A stretch of DNA of 63,470 nucleotides, counting the filler, from Globobulimina sp. (Eukaryota): the NCBI GenBank assembly GCA_003354225.1. It is 54 parts of 54 records of this genome, joined end to end, with 100 filler letters (N's around TTAATTAATTAA, not from the genome) between each part and the next. Parts side by side here need not be neighbours in the genome. Positions count along the whole stretch, not along the records: positions 11,781 to 12,858 come from PIVH01024120.1; positions 12,959 to 14,036 come from PIVH01024121.1; positions 14,137 to 15,214 come from PIVH01024122.1; positions 15,315 to 16,392 come from PIVH01024123.1; positions 16,493 to 17,570 come from PIVH01024124.1; positions 17,671 to 18,748 come from PIVH01024125.1; positions 18,849 to 19,926 come from PIVH01024126.1; positions 20,027 to 21,104 come from PIVH01024127.1; 46 more parts are not named here. One strand, written 5' to 3'. Both the position numbers and the translations under genes were made by a program. Of the stretch, positions 12,290 through 23,561 are shown piece after piece; within the stretch, counting starts at the first letter, position 1, and every line of letters begins with the position of its first letter. Under the pieces are notes generated by a model. It was not told where the DNA came from and did no database searches. It was given only the letters and a program-made list of their open reading frames with translations.

Positions 12290-13766
12290 GTTTGGTTATG
12301 TTGCTTATGTATATATGTTGAGTTTGAAAGTGTAGGATGTGTAATGATTGAGATGTGTTGGATCAACACTGACAACACGTGATGATCCGACTGGATATTT
12401 GAGGTTTTTGAGTGATTTTGTTGAAGTACGAAAATAGCTTCAGCCACAGCAACATCGTTGCTTGGCTTAGCTACCGTCCATAGTTACAAACACCGCACAA
12501 TATACTACTGAATCGCACCAATAAAAGGAATTATGGGAAATACAATTTCGACACAAACAACAGAAGGTATGTATGCATTGCGCAAGCAAATAAATGAGCA
12601 CTGAGCAGTCTAATTACTACAAAAAACAGGTTCTTTCGATAATTTTTCATGAAGCTTTATCTTCGCTTGCGCGTTTTGATCTGGTGTAAATTTATCTTTA
12701 AGTAACAAATAATTTTTTGCAGATTGTTCACTTACCGGCCTTACAATGACTTCGTTTCCATTACTATCTTTTTCCATTGGAAAAATTTCAGCTTCATATT
12801 TACCATATTCCCCTGTTGCAAAATAAGAAACAGTACCATCCATCCTGTCAACCCAGGCNNNNNNNNNNNNNNNNNNNNNNNNNNNNNNNNNNNNNNNNNN
12901 NNTTAATTAATTAANNNNNNNNNNNNNNNNNNNNNNNNNNNNNNNNNNNNNNNNNNNNGTTTATGAATATGATGGTGAATATTAAAAATTATGTCAAAAA
13001 ACAGTTGAAATACCTTCTTTTTTTGATTGTAATTTTTCGGTTTTGTTTTCTTTGTTGATGTGAACGCTAAATAGATTAAAGTCACTGAACCGATTGTAAG
13101 TAAACTCACTATTACTTGACAAACGTACCAAAGCATTCCACGAGGTAGTACCTAAAGTGTTGTGTTATCAGTCTATCTGAATATATTATGAAAAAAAAAG
13201 TTAAGTAAAAAAATCAGCATATATCTACATGTCAGTCACTTGTAATCTCGATCCAAAATTGGTTGATGACGGATCAGTTTTATCATCAGCAATGCTACAA
13301 CGTAACGGTCGTAACCACACCACGAACAATGCAGTACCCATTACACTGAGGATTTGAGAAATAACAATAAAAATAAAATCCAATGAAATAACAATAAAAA
13401 TGATTCATTCCCTTTCCATACACAATACAATAAACAACAAATATATTATTGCTAGAAATTACATCGCAACATTCAAAGTTGCGTTTATTTTGCACACAAA
13501 CATAGCTGCGACACAGTTATGATATTTAATGCCGAAAGAATTGTGGAAAGGGAATGTTTTTTTGTATTGTTATGGCATCAGTTATTAGCATTTACTTTGT
13601 TCGCTGATGTGTTGTGGTTACACTTAGCACAGATTTTGGATCGAAACAGTTTGATTATTACAGTGACGGTTTTAGGAATAACAACTATCACAATACAAAA
13701 ACAAAAAATAATTTTTATTTAGAATTCGAATCCTGACTCATTCGTTTGACCACGAATTAATTCGTG

Positions 13767-14036
13767 ATGGCTGATCATCAGAAACACATAAATGAGAATA
13801 TAACAACCAATACAATTGCAAGCAAACCAAGCATTGATTTTAATTTTTTTTTAAACACAGAGATCCATGAGAGTAAGAACTGCGTAGTAAATGAATGCAA
13901 ATCAGTTCAAAGAGTGGTGAAAGCGTTGATGTATTACGAAAGCTTAAATAACACAAAACAGGAAAACAGTAACGGACAGGCAATATTCAGTGCGTTTTTA
14001 GTGGAAATTTATAAACATTATTTAGATGATATTTGT
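13767..14036 (+). CDS. Hypothetical protein N-terminus
   Basis: Open frame to contig end; CVVNECKSVQRV...LDD. Confidence 0.45.
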
Positions 14037-14369
14037 NNNNNNNNNNNNNNNNNNNNNNNNNNNNNNNNNNNNNNNNNNNNTTAATTAATTAANNNNNNNN
14101 NNNNNNNNNNNNNNNNNNNNNNNNNNNNNNNNNNNNGATACAAAAAAGATCCTTGATGATCTACCCCAATTGGGTTCAGGAACCCGGTCTCGTAAAATGT
14201 TGAAAGGAGGCAGCCATGCTTTTCTATTTGTTGTTGCGAACTTAGGACGTCATCTTGAGTTGGATCCTGAGACATATCAATACAGATTCCCAAACTATGG
14301 CATGGGTTATGGACACCTATTCAATGCAAAAAGGAAGAACAATTCCCGGAGTAGTAACGGGAAAACCCA

Positions 14370-15214
14370 TTGAAATCGAAACCTTATACAAAAACAAAAA
14401 CTAAATCGCTGTCGTCTCGAATTAATTTACAAGTACAGGCTCTGGAGGAAGAGGAAGAAAAAGAAGAGGAATATAAGGAGGATAGGGCTGGGAATACAAA
14501 AACGGCGTCGACACAAACTACATTGTCCATGGATGGTGTGTTTGAGAGGAAACTTATTTATCATATCTTTTTCTCCATTGCTTTCAATGATATTTTAAAT
14601 AAGAAAAATGTATTCAAGGATGAAACCACTAAAATAGAACATGAACAGTCCATTGACGAGGACGAAGTTATACTGATCGCACTGATCGACAGTGAATGGG
14701 TGCGGTTGAACGAGATCTTGAAAATTGCGCTAAATTCAGACAATGAAGATGTAAATTATAAACCGGATAAGTTTCCAGCCAAAACTGTGTATGCAGCCAT
14801 TAATAATGACGATAAAAAGCAAGAGATTTTGAATATGGGTATAAGTCAACAATGGGTCGGATATTTAAACCAAACTTTGATTGAATATAATAATAAATAT
14901 GCCACAGATAATTTGATATTAACCCTACCGAAACGACAGCATTTTGAGACTTGGTGCATTTACATCATTTTGTGTCTATTAGTGACCATCTGGTCGGTGT
15001 ACAGTGTCACTAATTATGACTTTATGTCGCTTAAATATCAGCCGGCCATCGAGTTTGTAAACACTGTCAATTCATTGGTCAAAGCAAAGGAAAGTTTGCG
15101 TACGGAATGGAATGTGACGGATGAAATAGAATTTGGTTCGTATGATGATTTTTATACAGTATCAGATGAGCAATTTTACGATTGCGACATTGGAAGCATA
15201 TTTACCTATTTTCC
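14370..15214 (+). CDS. Hypothetical membrane protein fragment
   Basis: Long open frame with one TM segment ([17 protein letters not shown]). Confidence 0.55.
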
Positions 15215-15314
15215 NNNNNNNNNNNNNNNNNNNNNNNNNNNNNNNNNNNNNNNNNNNNTTAATTAATTAANNNNNNNNNNNNNNNNNNNNNNNNNNNNNN
15301 NNNNNNNNNNNNNN

Positions 15315-16002
15315 TACATTTTTGCATATTTTCATATAACATACACATTTTTCTTTTACGTTGTGATGCTTTTCTTGTCTGCACTGTCCAATGTTTTTTT
15401 CCTTTATTACTTATTATTTTGAAATTTCGAAATACATAATATCGAGAAATAGGTCGCTGTGAGAATGGTATATACGCTGGATAATTATTTGTATTAGCAT
15501 TTATTCTATACGCTGAATTATCAATACATAGAAATTTTCGTTTAAAACAATGTAAATCTGATTTGAGTTGAAGATATGAATTGTTATTAATATTCGCTTT
15601 ATATGAATGCATCGAATATACGGCAGGTAAATAAATTTCACAGCATTTGTGTTTCATTGGTACATCTTCTGGCACAATTTGTGGATTAATTATATCTATA
15701 AAATCACCGTCCTCAATCTCCCAAGGAAATATGTTATATGTATCAACTGACATTTCTACATAAATTGAATTTCTACAACAATTTTGACCATCACATGTTC
15801 CTTGAAGATCACATAAAGTAAAACCAAATTTAATTTCATTAAATGTAATATTCGATATCATTCCTTGAATTGTTACATTTTCACTATCCTTTACATTTAA
15901 CATAATTATTGATTTATAATCTCTGTTGTATATTTGTGATGCTATATAACGTTCGTCGTCCTGATAATACTCCCACGCGAACTCTGAAAATACGAAATCC
16001 AT
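15315..16002 (-). CDS. 265-aa protein of unit A (continues 16273->16164 across the junction); OB-fold-like N-half, F-box/SOCS-like C-terminal motif
   Basis: Reads ...NMQKC|TLVKESNVPRELIRLICDFTIRKNRKIYWQSVLHNW*; VTIQGMISNI..FTLCDLQG..SIYVEM..TYNIF..EIEDGDFIDI follows the OB-fold pattern. Confidence 0.75.
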
Positions 16003-16055
16003 GTCTGATTGAATAAAGTTTGCTGAAACAAAATGTTATATCCTTTGACAATTTA

Positions 16056-16162
16056 TACGTCAAATTAGATTATAACACTCCGGATTACGTAAAATTAGAT
16101 TATAATTTCAAATAAAAAAGATACATTAAATTAAATTACAGTAAATTAAATTAAATTAAATT
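16056..16162. repeat. Iteron-like 20-bp direct repeats plus TTAAA pentamer tract in the non-coding part of unit A
   Basis: TACGT(C/A)AAATTAGATTATAA at 16056 and 16086; (TTAAA)n at 16125-16162. Confidence 0.8.
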
Positions 16163-16493
16163 GTTACCAATTGTGTAATACGCTTTGCCAATATATTTTT
16201 CTGTTTTTACGTATTGTAAAATCACAAATTAAACGAATTAATTCACGTGGAACATTACTTTCTTTTACTAATGTACATTTTTGCATATTTTCATATAACA
16301 TACACATTTTTCTTTTACGTTGTGATGCTTTTCTTGTCTGCACTGTCCAATGTTTTTTTCCTTTATTACTTATTATTTTGAAATTTCGAAATNNNNNNNN
16401 NNNNNNNNNNNNNNNNNNNNNNNNNNNNNNNNNNNNTTAATTAATTAANNNNNNNNNNNNNNNNNNNNNNNNNNNNNNNNNNNNNNNNNNNNG

Positions 16494-16847
16494 AGATTAT
16501 CGTGGGGGAATATTGTGTATAAAATGATGGAATTAATGAAAGGATATGAAGGGAAATTTATTATTTCATCATGCCATGACAACTCATTACTAGCTGTACT
16601 GTGCAGTATTTATGGCGATAAATGGAAGGAGATGGATTTGTCATGGCCATACTATGGAGATTTTATAAGTTTTGAAGTTTGGAAGAATGTCGAGAATGGT
16701 TTAAAGAGTGTGCGGGTTTTGTATAATATGGAGAGTTTAAATGCATTTGGTGGGAAAGAGATGATTCTATTGCATGATTTGGAACAGAAATGGAAAGATA
16801 TTATGATTGATGAGGATACGTATTTTAATCAAGCTTGTAATTGTTAA
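16494..16847 (+). CDS. Histidine acid phosphatase family, C-terminus
   Basis: SCHDNSLLAVL, WPYYGDFISFEVW, VRVLYN. Confidence 0.75.
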   Translation, partial: RLSWGNIVYKMMELMKGYEGKFIISSCHDNSLLAVLCSIYGDKWKEMDLSWPYYGDFISFEVWKNVENGLKSVRVLYNMESLNAFGGKEMILLHDLEQKWKDIMIDEDTYFNQACNC

Positions 16848-16883
16848 CTTGTTAATTAAATCATGACATTTTATACACAATTA

Positions 16884-17501
16884 CTAGTGATCTGCATTCA
16901 ACATATATTTTGATTGTAAGTATAAGCAAATTGCAGTGTTGTATAATCGCGATGGTATTGATAGTCCAACCATTAAGCAAACAAACCAATTTTGATAACC
17001 AATATTATATGCCATTGACCAGAAAGGTAAACCCCATAACGAGCCAATCACAAAAAAACCATAAATGTTTTTAAAACCATTTTGAAACACAACAGTACAC
17101 CAAACAGGATCTTTTTTATCATTTATTGTTTTCCAATGTTTAGTATCACTTTGAACGGTCATTAATTGCACACATAAAAAAGTAAACCATTCTTCCATTG
17201 GAAAATAAATTGATGCCAAAATTACTAAAAACGATGGGTTTTTCGTATGAATTAATAATCCGATCCATAATGCACTTCTGGAAAAGTTATCAATCATCAC
17301 ATCAATGATTTCACCAAATTTGCTCGTCTGATTCAATTTTCTGGCAGCAATTCCATCAAAAAAATCCAAACAACAACTGCTAAATGTGTACAATAAGAAT
17401 ATTGTTGGTTCAGTCAACATGAACTTTAAACCATAGATTTGAATCAATAACCGTACGTAACAGATAATATTTGGCACATATAAAAGCACTTTGGTAGACA
17501 T
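16884..17501 (-). CDS. CDP-alcohol phosphatidyltransferase (phosphatidylinositol synthase-like)
   Basis: VLLYVPNIICYVR and LDFFDGIAARKLNQTSKFGEIIDVMID. Confidence 0.9.
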   Translation of the reverse strand: MSTKVLLYVPNIICYVRLLIQIYGLKFMLTEPTIFLLYTFSSCCLDFFDGIAARKLNQTSKFGEIIDVMIDNFSRSALWIGLLIHTKNPSFLVILASIYFPMEEWFTFLCVQLMTVQSDTKHWKTINDKKDPVWCTVVFQNGFKNIYGFFVIGSLWGLPFWSMAYNIGYQNWFVCLMVGLSIPSRLYNTAICLYLQSKYMLNADH

Positions 17502-18053
17502 TGTTGACAAAAAACCTCACTGCACTCAGAAAAGCTTTAGATTTAAATCTATATTATATACACTTTCATGNNNNNNNNNNNNNNNNNNNNNNNNNNNNNN
17601 NNNNNNNNNNNNNNTTAATTAATTAANNNNNNNNNNNNNNNNNNNNNNNNNNNNNNNNNNNNNNNNNNNNCATGTATTAAAGTATAAATAAATAAAACAA
17701 TTGACGAGGAGGAATATAAATGTTGACAAAGTCTATCTGTGGGTATTTTACGCAAATATTTGGAGTAAATTGTAGATGTAAAATGAAACACATGGAACCA
17801 AAAATGCAATGTTCAGTGAGAAGGATATTGGTGACAATTGACATATGATAATTGAAAGTTTGGTTTAGTTACAAATGCAAATCATTCATGACATTTGTTC
17901 GTTGAATTTTTACATTCAGTTTTTATTTATGATGTTTATGATTGTGGCAACAGATTAGTGTTTGGTTTGTGTACAGCGGTATTTTATCCCAACTCGTTTT
18001 TGTTGTGAGGTGAGTTATTTCAATGCTGAGAAAAAAAAAGTTTACATTGTGTC

Positions 18054-18748
18054 ATGGCTCAAGAAGCAAAAGAAGCACAAAAGAAATCGATTGATGTAAT
18101 ATTTCGGAATGTCAAATTTAATATTCCCATTGATGATCAAAAAATAAATGTTAACAATATTAAAACAAAAATTAAAAATTATGCAACGAAATTCATTAAA
18201 AATGTAAAAGCAAATGAAATTGAGAATGCTCATTTATTATTACGAGTTGACAAATATGGGCATATACGGCGTGACAATAGGTTAATTATGGGAGTTTTCA
18301 AATTTTTCAAGACGTCCAAATTGAGTATGACAGTTGAAGAAGCCATCGGAATTACATTATCGATGCCATGGCCAAATGATAAGATTAAACATGGAATGCT
18401 TGTCTTTCCATCAGATGTTATTGAACGTATTTATGCAAAAGCTTATCAATTATTCAATAGTAAATATAAAATTTGGTTTAATGTTTATCTAAATAAAAAT
18501 TTACAACAACCACTAAACAAATTTATCTCTATTACAGAAGCACGATTAAAAAATGGTGATGAATTAATTGTAAAGGATGACAGTAATGCATATGATCTAT
18601 ATGCAATGCAAATATTTGTTAAAACATTAACTGGGAAGACGGAAACCCTCGATGTATGGCGTAATATGACTATTCGAAATGTCAAATGGTATATTCGATG
18701 TTTTGAAGGTATACCAACACATGATCAATCACTTATTTTTGCTGGGAA
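18054..18748 (+). CDS. Protein with a ubiquitin-like domain, truncated
   Basis: [12 protein letters not shown]...EGIP..QSLIFAG. Confidence 0.85.
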
Positions 18749-19822
18749 NNNNNNNNNNNNNNNNNNNNNNNNNNNNNNNNNNNNNNNNNNNNTTAATTAA
18801 TTAANNNNNNNNNNNNNNNNNNNNNNNNNNNNNNNNNNNNNNNNNNNNGTATAATTATGTTTACCAGACGCAGCTTCCTCCATTACTTCGTCCACAGTCA
18901 ATCGCCTTGGTGCCACTGCCACTGCCTTATGTAATTCAATTTTATTTCTGCTCATTTCATCCAAATGCTGTTCCACCATTTGTTTTTCCAATGCATACAA
19001 TCAAATGGAAATAAATCAAAATAATACGAAATCAAATGATTATCAATATTCTGATATTCCGATCCTAATTCAAAACATTATCATACATATTACTACAAAT
19101 ATTACTGCCATTGTTTCAACTTCAAATATCTGGTTGTTTTATAATATCATTATAGGAACTATTTCCAAAACATTATTCATTATGCATGCAGTATCTATCT
19201 GATTCATACAATACACACACAATGCAACAACACAAAAAGAAAGCAAAATGACGAAAGAGTATAGGTTTATTTAACAACCAAACAAAACAAATGAAATTAA
19301 AATATAGAAATAGAACCAAACAAAAATTATCACCTTTATTCTGTTCACAATGTCAGACCAAAATATCAGTGATTTATGAGAAGTATTTTATGTTATTGTG
19401 ACAAAATATCGGTTGAATATTTTCGTTTATTCGGAATATGGGATAGATATTTTTTGTTCAGCCATAGGAATTATTGATTCATCCATTGTTCTTCTCAAAT
19501 ATCCATCGATTAACATTGCACATTCTAGTCTATGTTTTGTCAATCTCTTTGGATCAAATATGTTTCCCATATTCAGCTGTTGCTTCTTCGTAGGAATAGG
19601 GGAATGTTTGAAACATAAACTTGAGTTTTTTATATTAATTTATATATGGAATAAAGCCATTTGGAACCACTATAAAAACACTATAAAAACAACCAATATT
19701 ATGCATTATTTTTGCTATTCGACTCCAGCTACAAACAAAATTAATAATTATGATTCTAAAAAAAGTAAATAATTAGTAAATCAACGACAAAAAAAATCTA
19801 AAAAAATCTAAATCAAAAAAAA

Positions 19823-19872
<50 letters not shown>

Positions 19873-20037
19873 AGAGGAAGGGGAATAACAACAAAAAAAA
19901 ATAAGACAAAAACGACAGGGAGAGATNNNNNNNNNNNNNNNNNNNNNNNNNNNNNNNNNNNNNNNNNNNNTTAATTAATTAANNNNNNNNNNNNNNNNNN
20001 NNNNNNNNNNNNNNNNNNNNNNNNNNCTACGAATAAT

Positions 20038-21104
20038 GTGAGTATTGATATGGATATTTGTAATTCTATGATGATGATAAACAATCAAAACTTTGCTAAT
20101 ATTCAGAATCAATTTAATGTTTTTCAGAATCAATTAAATGAAATGCATACATTGCAGACTAATATGAACCAAACACTGTGTAACAGTCTCACTGCCACTA
20201 CAATGCAACAAATTATTTCCCTCCAACAACAAATTGCAAAATACACAGTCAGAGAGCAACGAAAGGATCAATTAATTGCTGCTCAAAAAAAGAAGGTTAT
20301 TTTTTTCCAAATCTATATACTTAAAACATATTATTTTCCTTTCTTTCAGTTACGACGCAAAGATGCAACTATCGCTAAGTACAGAAATATTGTCGGTACA
20401 GCTGTACTTAGAGATGTTAAGCCGGCTGAATTTGTCACAGTGCAAACTTTGCAACGCAGAAATCAAGATATACGGAAATATTTATGTCAGTACGGTTATA
20501 AAAATAATATTGATTATGTACAGCGCATATTTAAATCAGAATATAGATCAAATGAAACGTTCAAAGTATGGGCAATGCAGCAATCATTTAAAGATGTTGT
20601 CATGAAAATAAATAAAGACAACAAAGAATATGCATTATCGTCAGATGCAGCAACATATTGGTATATTTTGAAAATTTGCTCAAAAACATCGGATGCAAAT
20701 TACCAAATCTATAGAAACAGTGTTTGGAATAGATATTATGACGACGACGGAATATTAAAACACACCAAAAAAGTGGATGCCAATGGAATAGAGGCCACTT
20801 TTGGTACATCTTTGCATCAACAACGAAAAATAATTAATAAATTTGATGATGAATATCCACATTTACGATTTCAGCAAATATTAAAAGGAGTATTTGTCGG
20901 CGATATTTTGAATCTTATTTTGGAGTATTTTGCAACCTGGGCAGATTCAGTCGAATTAGATGATAATTTTGCTCTTAATTGGGGGTGTTTAGAAACACAA
21001 AATGCACGGAAAATTGCAGAGTTACAAGAAGAGCGAAAGGAAGAAAATCAAGATCATATATTACTAGATTTGGGTACATATATGTTTAACATTTTTGTTG
21101 ATGG
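20038..21104 (+). CDS. Hypothetical coiled-coil protein fragment, probable in-frame intron 20296-20349
   Basis: Long open frame; 54-nt T-rich GT...CAG segment. Confidence 0.5.
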
Positions 21105-21767
21105 NNNNNNNNNNNNNNNNNNNNNNNNNNNNNNNNNNNNNNNNNNNNTTAATTAATTAANNNNNNNNNNNNNNNNNNNNNNNNNNNNNNNNNNNNNNNN
21201 NNNNATTTAAAACAGTGTCATTTACAAAAGTTAAATTTGACTAAAATTTGTGAAGTTTTCGCGAAAAATCGTCAAATTTAGCCTAATTTTGACCATTAAA
21301 ATGGCGTTAACTCAAATTCAATAACTCGCCGCCAAAGTTGACTTTAATCCCGAGCAGGTGAGCCAGTAAGTGTTGTCTGTGCCAAGTATCAGCTCTGAAA
21401 AATGTTTTGTCTTCGAGTTATTGAGTTCTGAACAAAAAAAAACCTCGTGATATATATTATAGTATATTGGACGTGATCTTTCTGTGATATTTTATGTTTA
21501 TGAAAAGTGTCCATATGTTAAGTCAAGTGCGCAAACAATATATTTAGTTGCTTTTACGTTTTGATATTGATGCACATCTAAACATTATAGTTCTTTGTAT
21601 CGAATGCCAATTCAATAAAGTGTTCCTTTTGTATTTTTTAATAATGTCCATTTATTTGAGGGATATCCGTAATGCAACGTATAAAATATTTAATATCAGT
21701 CAACTCAACACGCGAACAACTGGACAGGGCAAAAAGTTATTAAATCTTTACCGTATACTTTTACCAA

Positions 21768-22165
21768 TCACTTGTTCTGCGTCATAAAGTTCATCTCATG
21801 CCTTGTTATCACAAATGGCGCACCGTTACCATAACATGTGGCTTTCGGATATTTATAATCCACAGTCATTGCATCAACAAATGCAACTCTAATAAGATCA
21901 TCATATAATTTTAATTTGTCCATATCTTTGCCACATCAAATGATAGAACTAATACGCCTGTTATTGTAAGAATTACACCCAATGTAAATAGTAACGCATT
22001 CCGTACGGTAAAGCTATTATATTCTTCAAAAAACACCATGCCAATAAGCGATGTTAATGTAATGCTTATTACACTAAAGGAGGGCACCACATATAACGCG
22101 CCAAAATGTGATAATGCTTTTTGTCGAAAATATTCCATTAACAGCACACAAACAATCCATAACAC
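21768..22165 (-). pseudogene. NIPA-type Mg2+ transporter C-terminal fragment, frame change at 21911
   Basis: QKALSHFGALYVVP..FFEEY..GVILTITGVLVLS; a further 47 open codons in the +2 frame. Confidence 0.7.
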
Positions 22166-22382
22166 AACAATAATATATGTTACAGTAGTGTTCCCGATAA
22201 GAGATACGCATATGATTAGCTAATATATATGATTACAGCTAATATATATATTACCCAGCGAAGATTTCCTTAGGAATTTTTTNNNNNNNNNNNNNNNNNN
22301 NNNNNNNNNNNNNNNNNNNNNNNNNNTTAATTAATTAANNNNNNNNNNNNNNNNNNNNNNNNNNNNNNNNNNNNNNNNNNNN

Positions 22383-22595
22383 ATACCGATACTCGGTTGC
22401 GCCAATTGCTAAAAATATATAATCATTTCCGAGTTGAATCACTTTATCATCATTTTGGTGCCAAACGTCGATATTCTCTTTCTCAATATATTCAGCTACT
22501 CTCTCTTCAGGTTCTAATAAATCAACTTTAATGTATAATGTGTTACATTCACACTTTAACATTCTGTTAGTCAAGTGACCGTTAATTGCGTCCAT
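22383..22595 (-). CDS. Antisense 173-aa ORF of unit B (continues 23340->23032)
   Basis: MDAINGHL...ATEYRY|IPHYHY...CRE*; the first ~70 aa look protein-like. Confidence 0.45.
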
Positions 22596-22838
22596 AATAT
22601 TCGGAGTTTTATTTGTTTACATATAAAACGCAGTGTTATGATTCTGAATAATTAAAAGTGTTTTTATTTTACTTACCTTACGTATCTTTAGTTCACTTAA
22701 ACACTTTACTTTCCTCTTTTAATCCTTCCATTCTACTTTCTTTAGCACGCTGCAGCAGTAAAACTGCAAACATTAAAACGCAATCCAAAGAACCAAACCA
22801 TTGATTGTGTCACCCCCTGGTAATTAACATATAGTAAG

Positions 22839-23459
22839 ATGGCATTGGCATTATCAATTCGTGAATTTGATGCATTGGTGGGCAAAGTCGAAAAGGATCC
22901 AGCATTATTCTTCTTGACCCCATCGTTGATGAAGCAGCCATTAAAAAATCCATCAGCAGTACCGGTTAAATATTATAAGGAGGATTATAAGGCGATTTTG
23001 ACGTATATTAAGAGCAATCGATTGGTATATATTATTCCCGGCAGATCCTCATCGTATCAAACAATTTTAGACCGATTAAAATGGAAATATGAGGCGGCCA
23101 AACCCAGACCAACCGAGAATCCGCGACCAACGAAAGAATTGCTCGCAGCATTTTGCCAACAAGTGTTAGTCTCCAAAGTGAGCCAGTTCCGTAAATCCAA
23201 GCAGTGGACCATTTATAAACGTGAGATATCACAATATGATGTTGATAAATCTCCCTTCTTTGAATCTGAACAAACCAAATCCAAAAACACAAATAAAAAC
23301 ACTTCCGATAATGATTCGTCGGATAATGATAATGCGGTATATACCGATACTCGGTTGCGCCAATTGCTAAAAATATATAATCATTTCCGAGTTGAATCAC
23401 TTTATCATCATTTTGGTGCCAAACGTCGATATTCTCTTTCTCAATATATTCAGCTACTC
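22839..23459 (+). CDS. 216-aa basic protein of unit B (continues 22502-22531 across the junction), unknown function
   Basis: ATG at 22839; reads ...SQYIQLL|SLQVLINQL* through the junction. Confidence 0.7.
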
Positions 23460-23561
23460 NNNNNNNNNNNNNNNNNNNNNNNNNNNNNNNNNNNNNNNNN
23501 NNNTTAATTAATTAANNNNNNNNNNNNNNNNNNNNNNNNNNNNNNNNNNNNNNNNNNNNGC

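Larger units (their letters stand above)
15315..16392. other. Circular or collapsed tandem 959-bp unit A
   Basis: 15315-15433 is identical to 16274-16392 (119 bp). Confidence 0.9.
22383..23459. other. Circular or collapsed tandem 958-bp unit B
   Basis: 22383-22501 is identical to 23341-23459 (119 bp). Confidence 0.9.

Noticed and set aside
19826-19867. Poly-A run as an mRNA tail or retroposon end
   Set aside because: Sits in a low-complexity A-rich contig end with no target-site duplication or linked gene end.
22383-23459. Obelisk/viroid-like RNA interpretation of the ~1-kb circles
   Set aside because: The dataset contains unspliced introns and intergenic DNA; I saw no Oblin-1 motif and no extended rod-like self-complementarity by eye. 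A folding run would be needed to exclude it fully.
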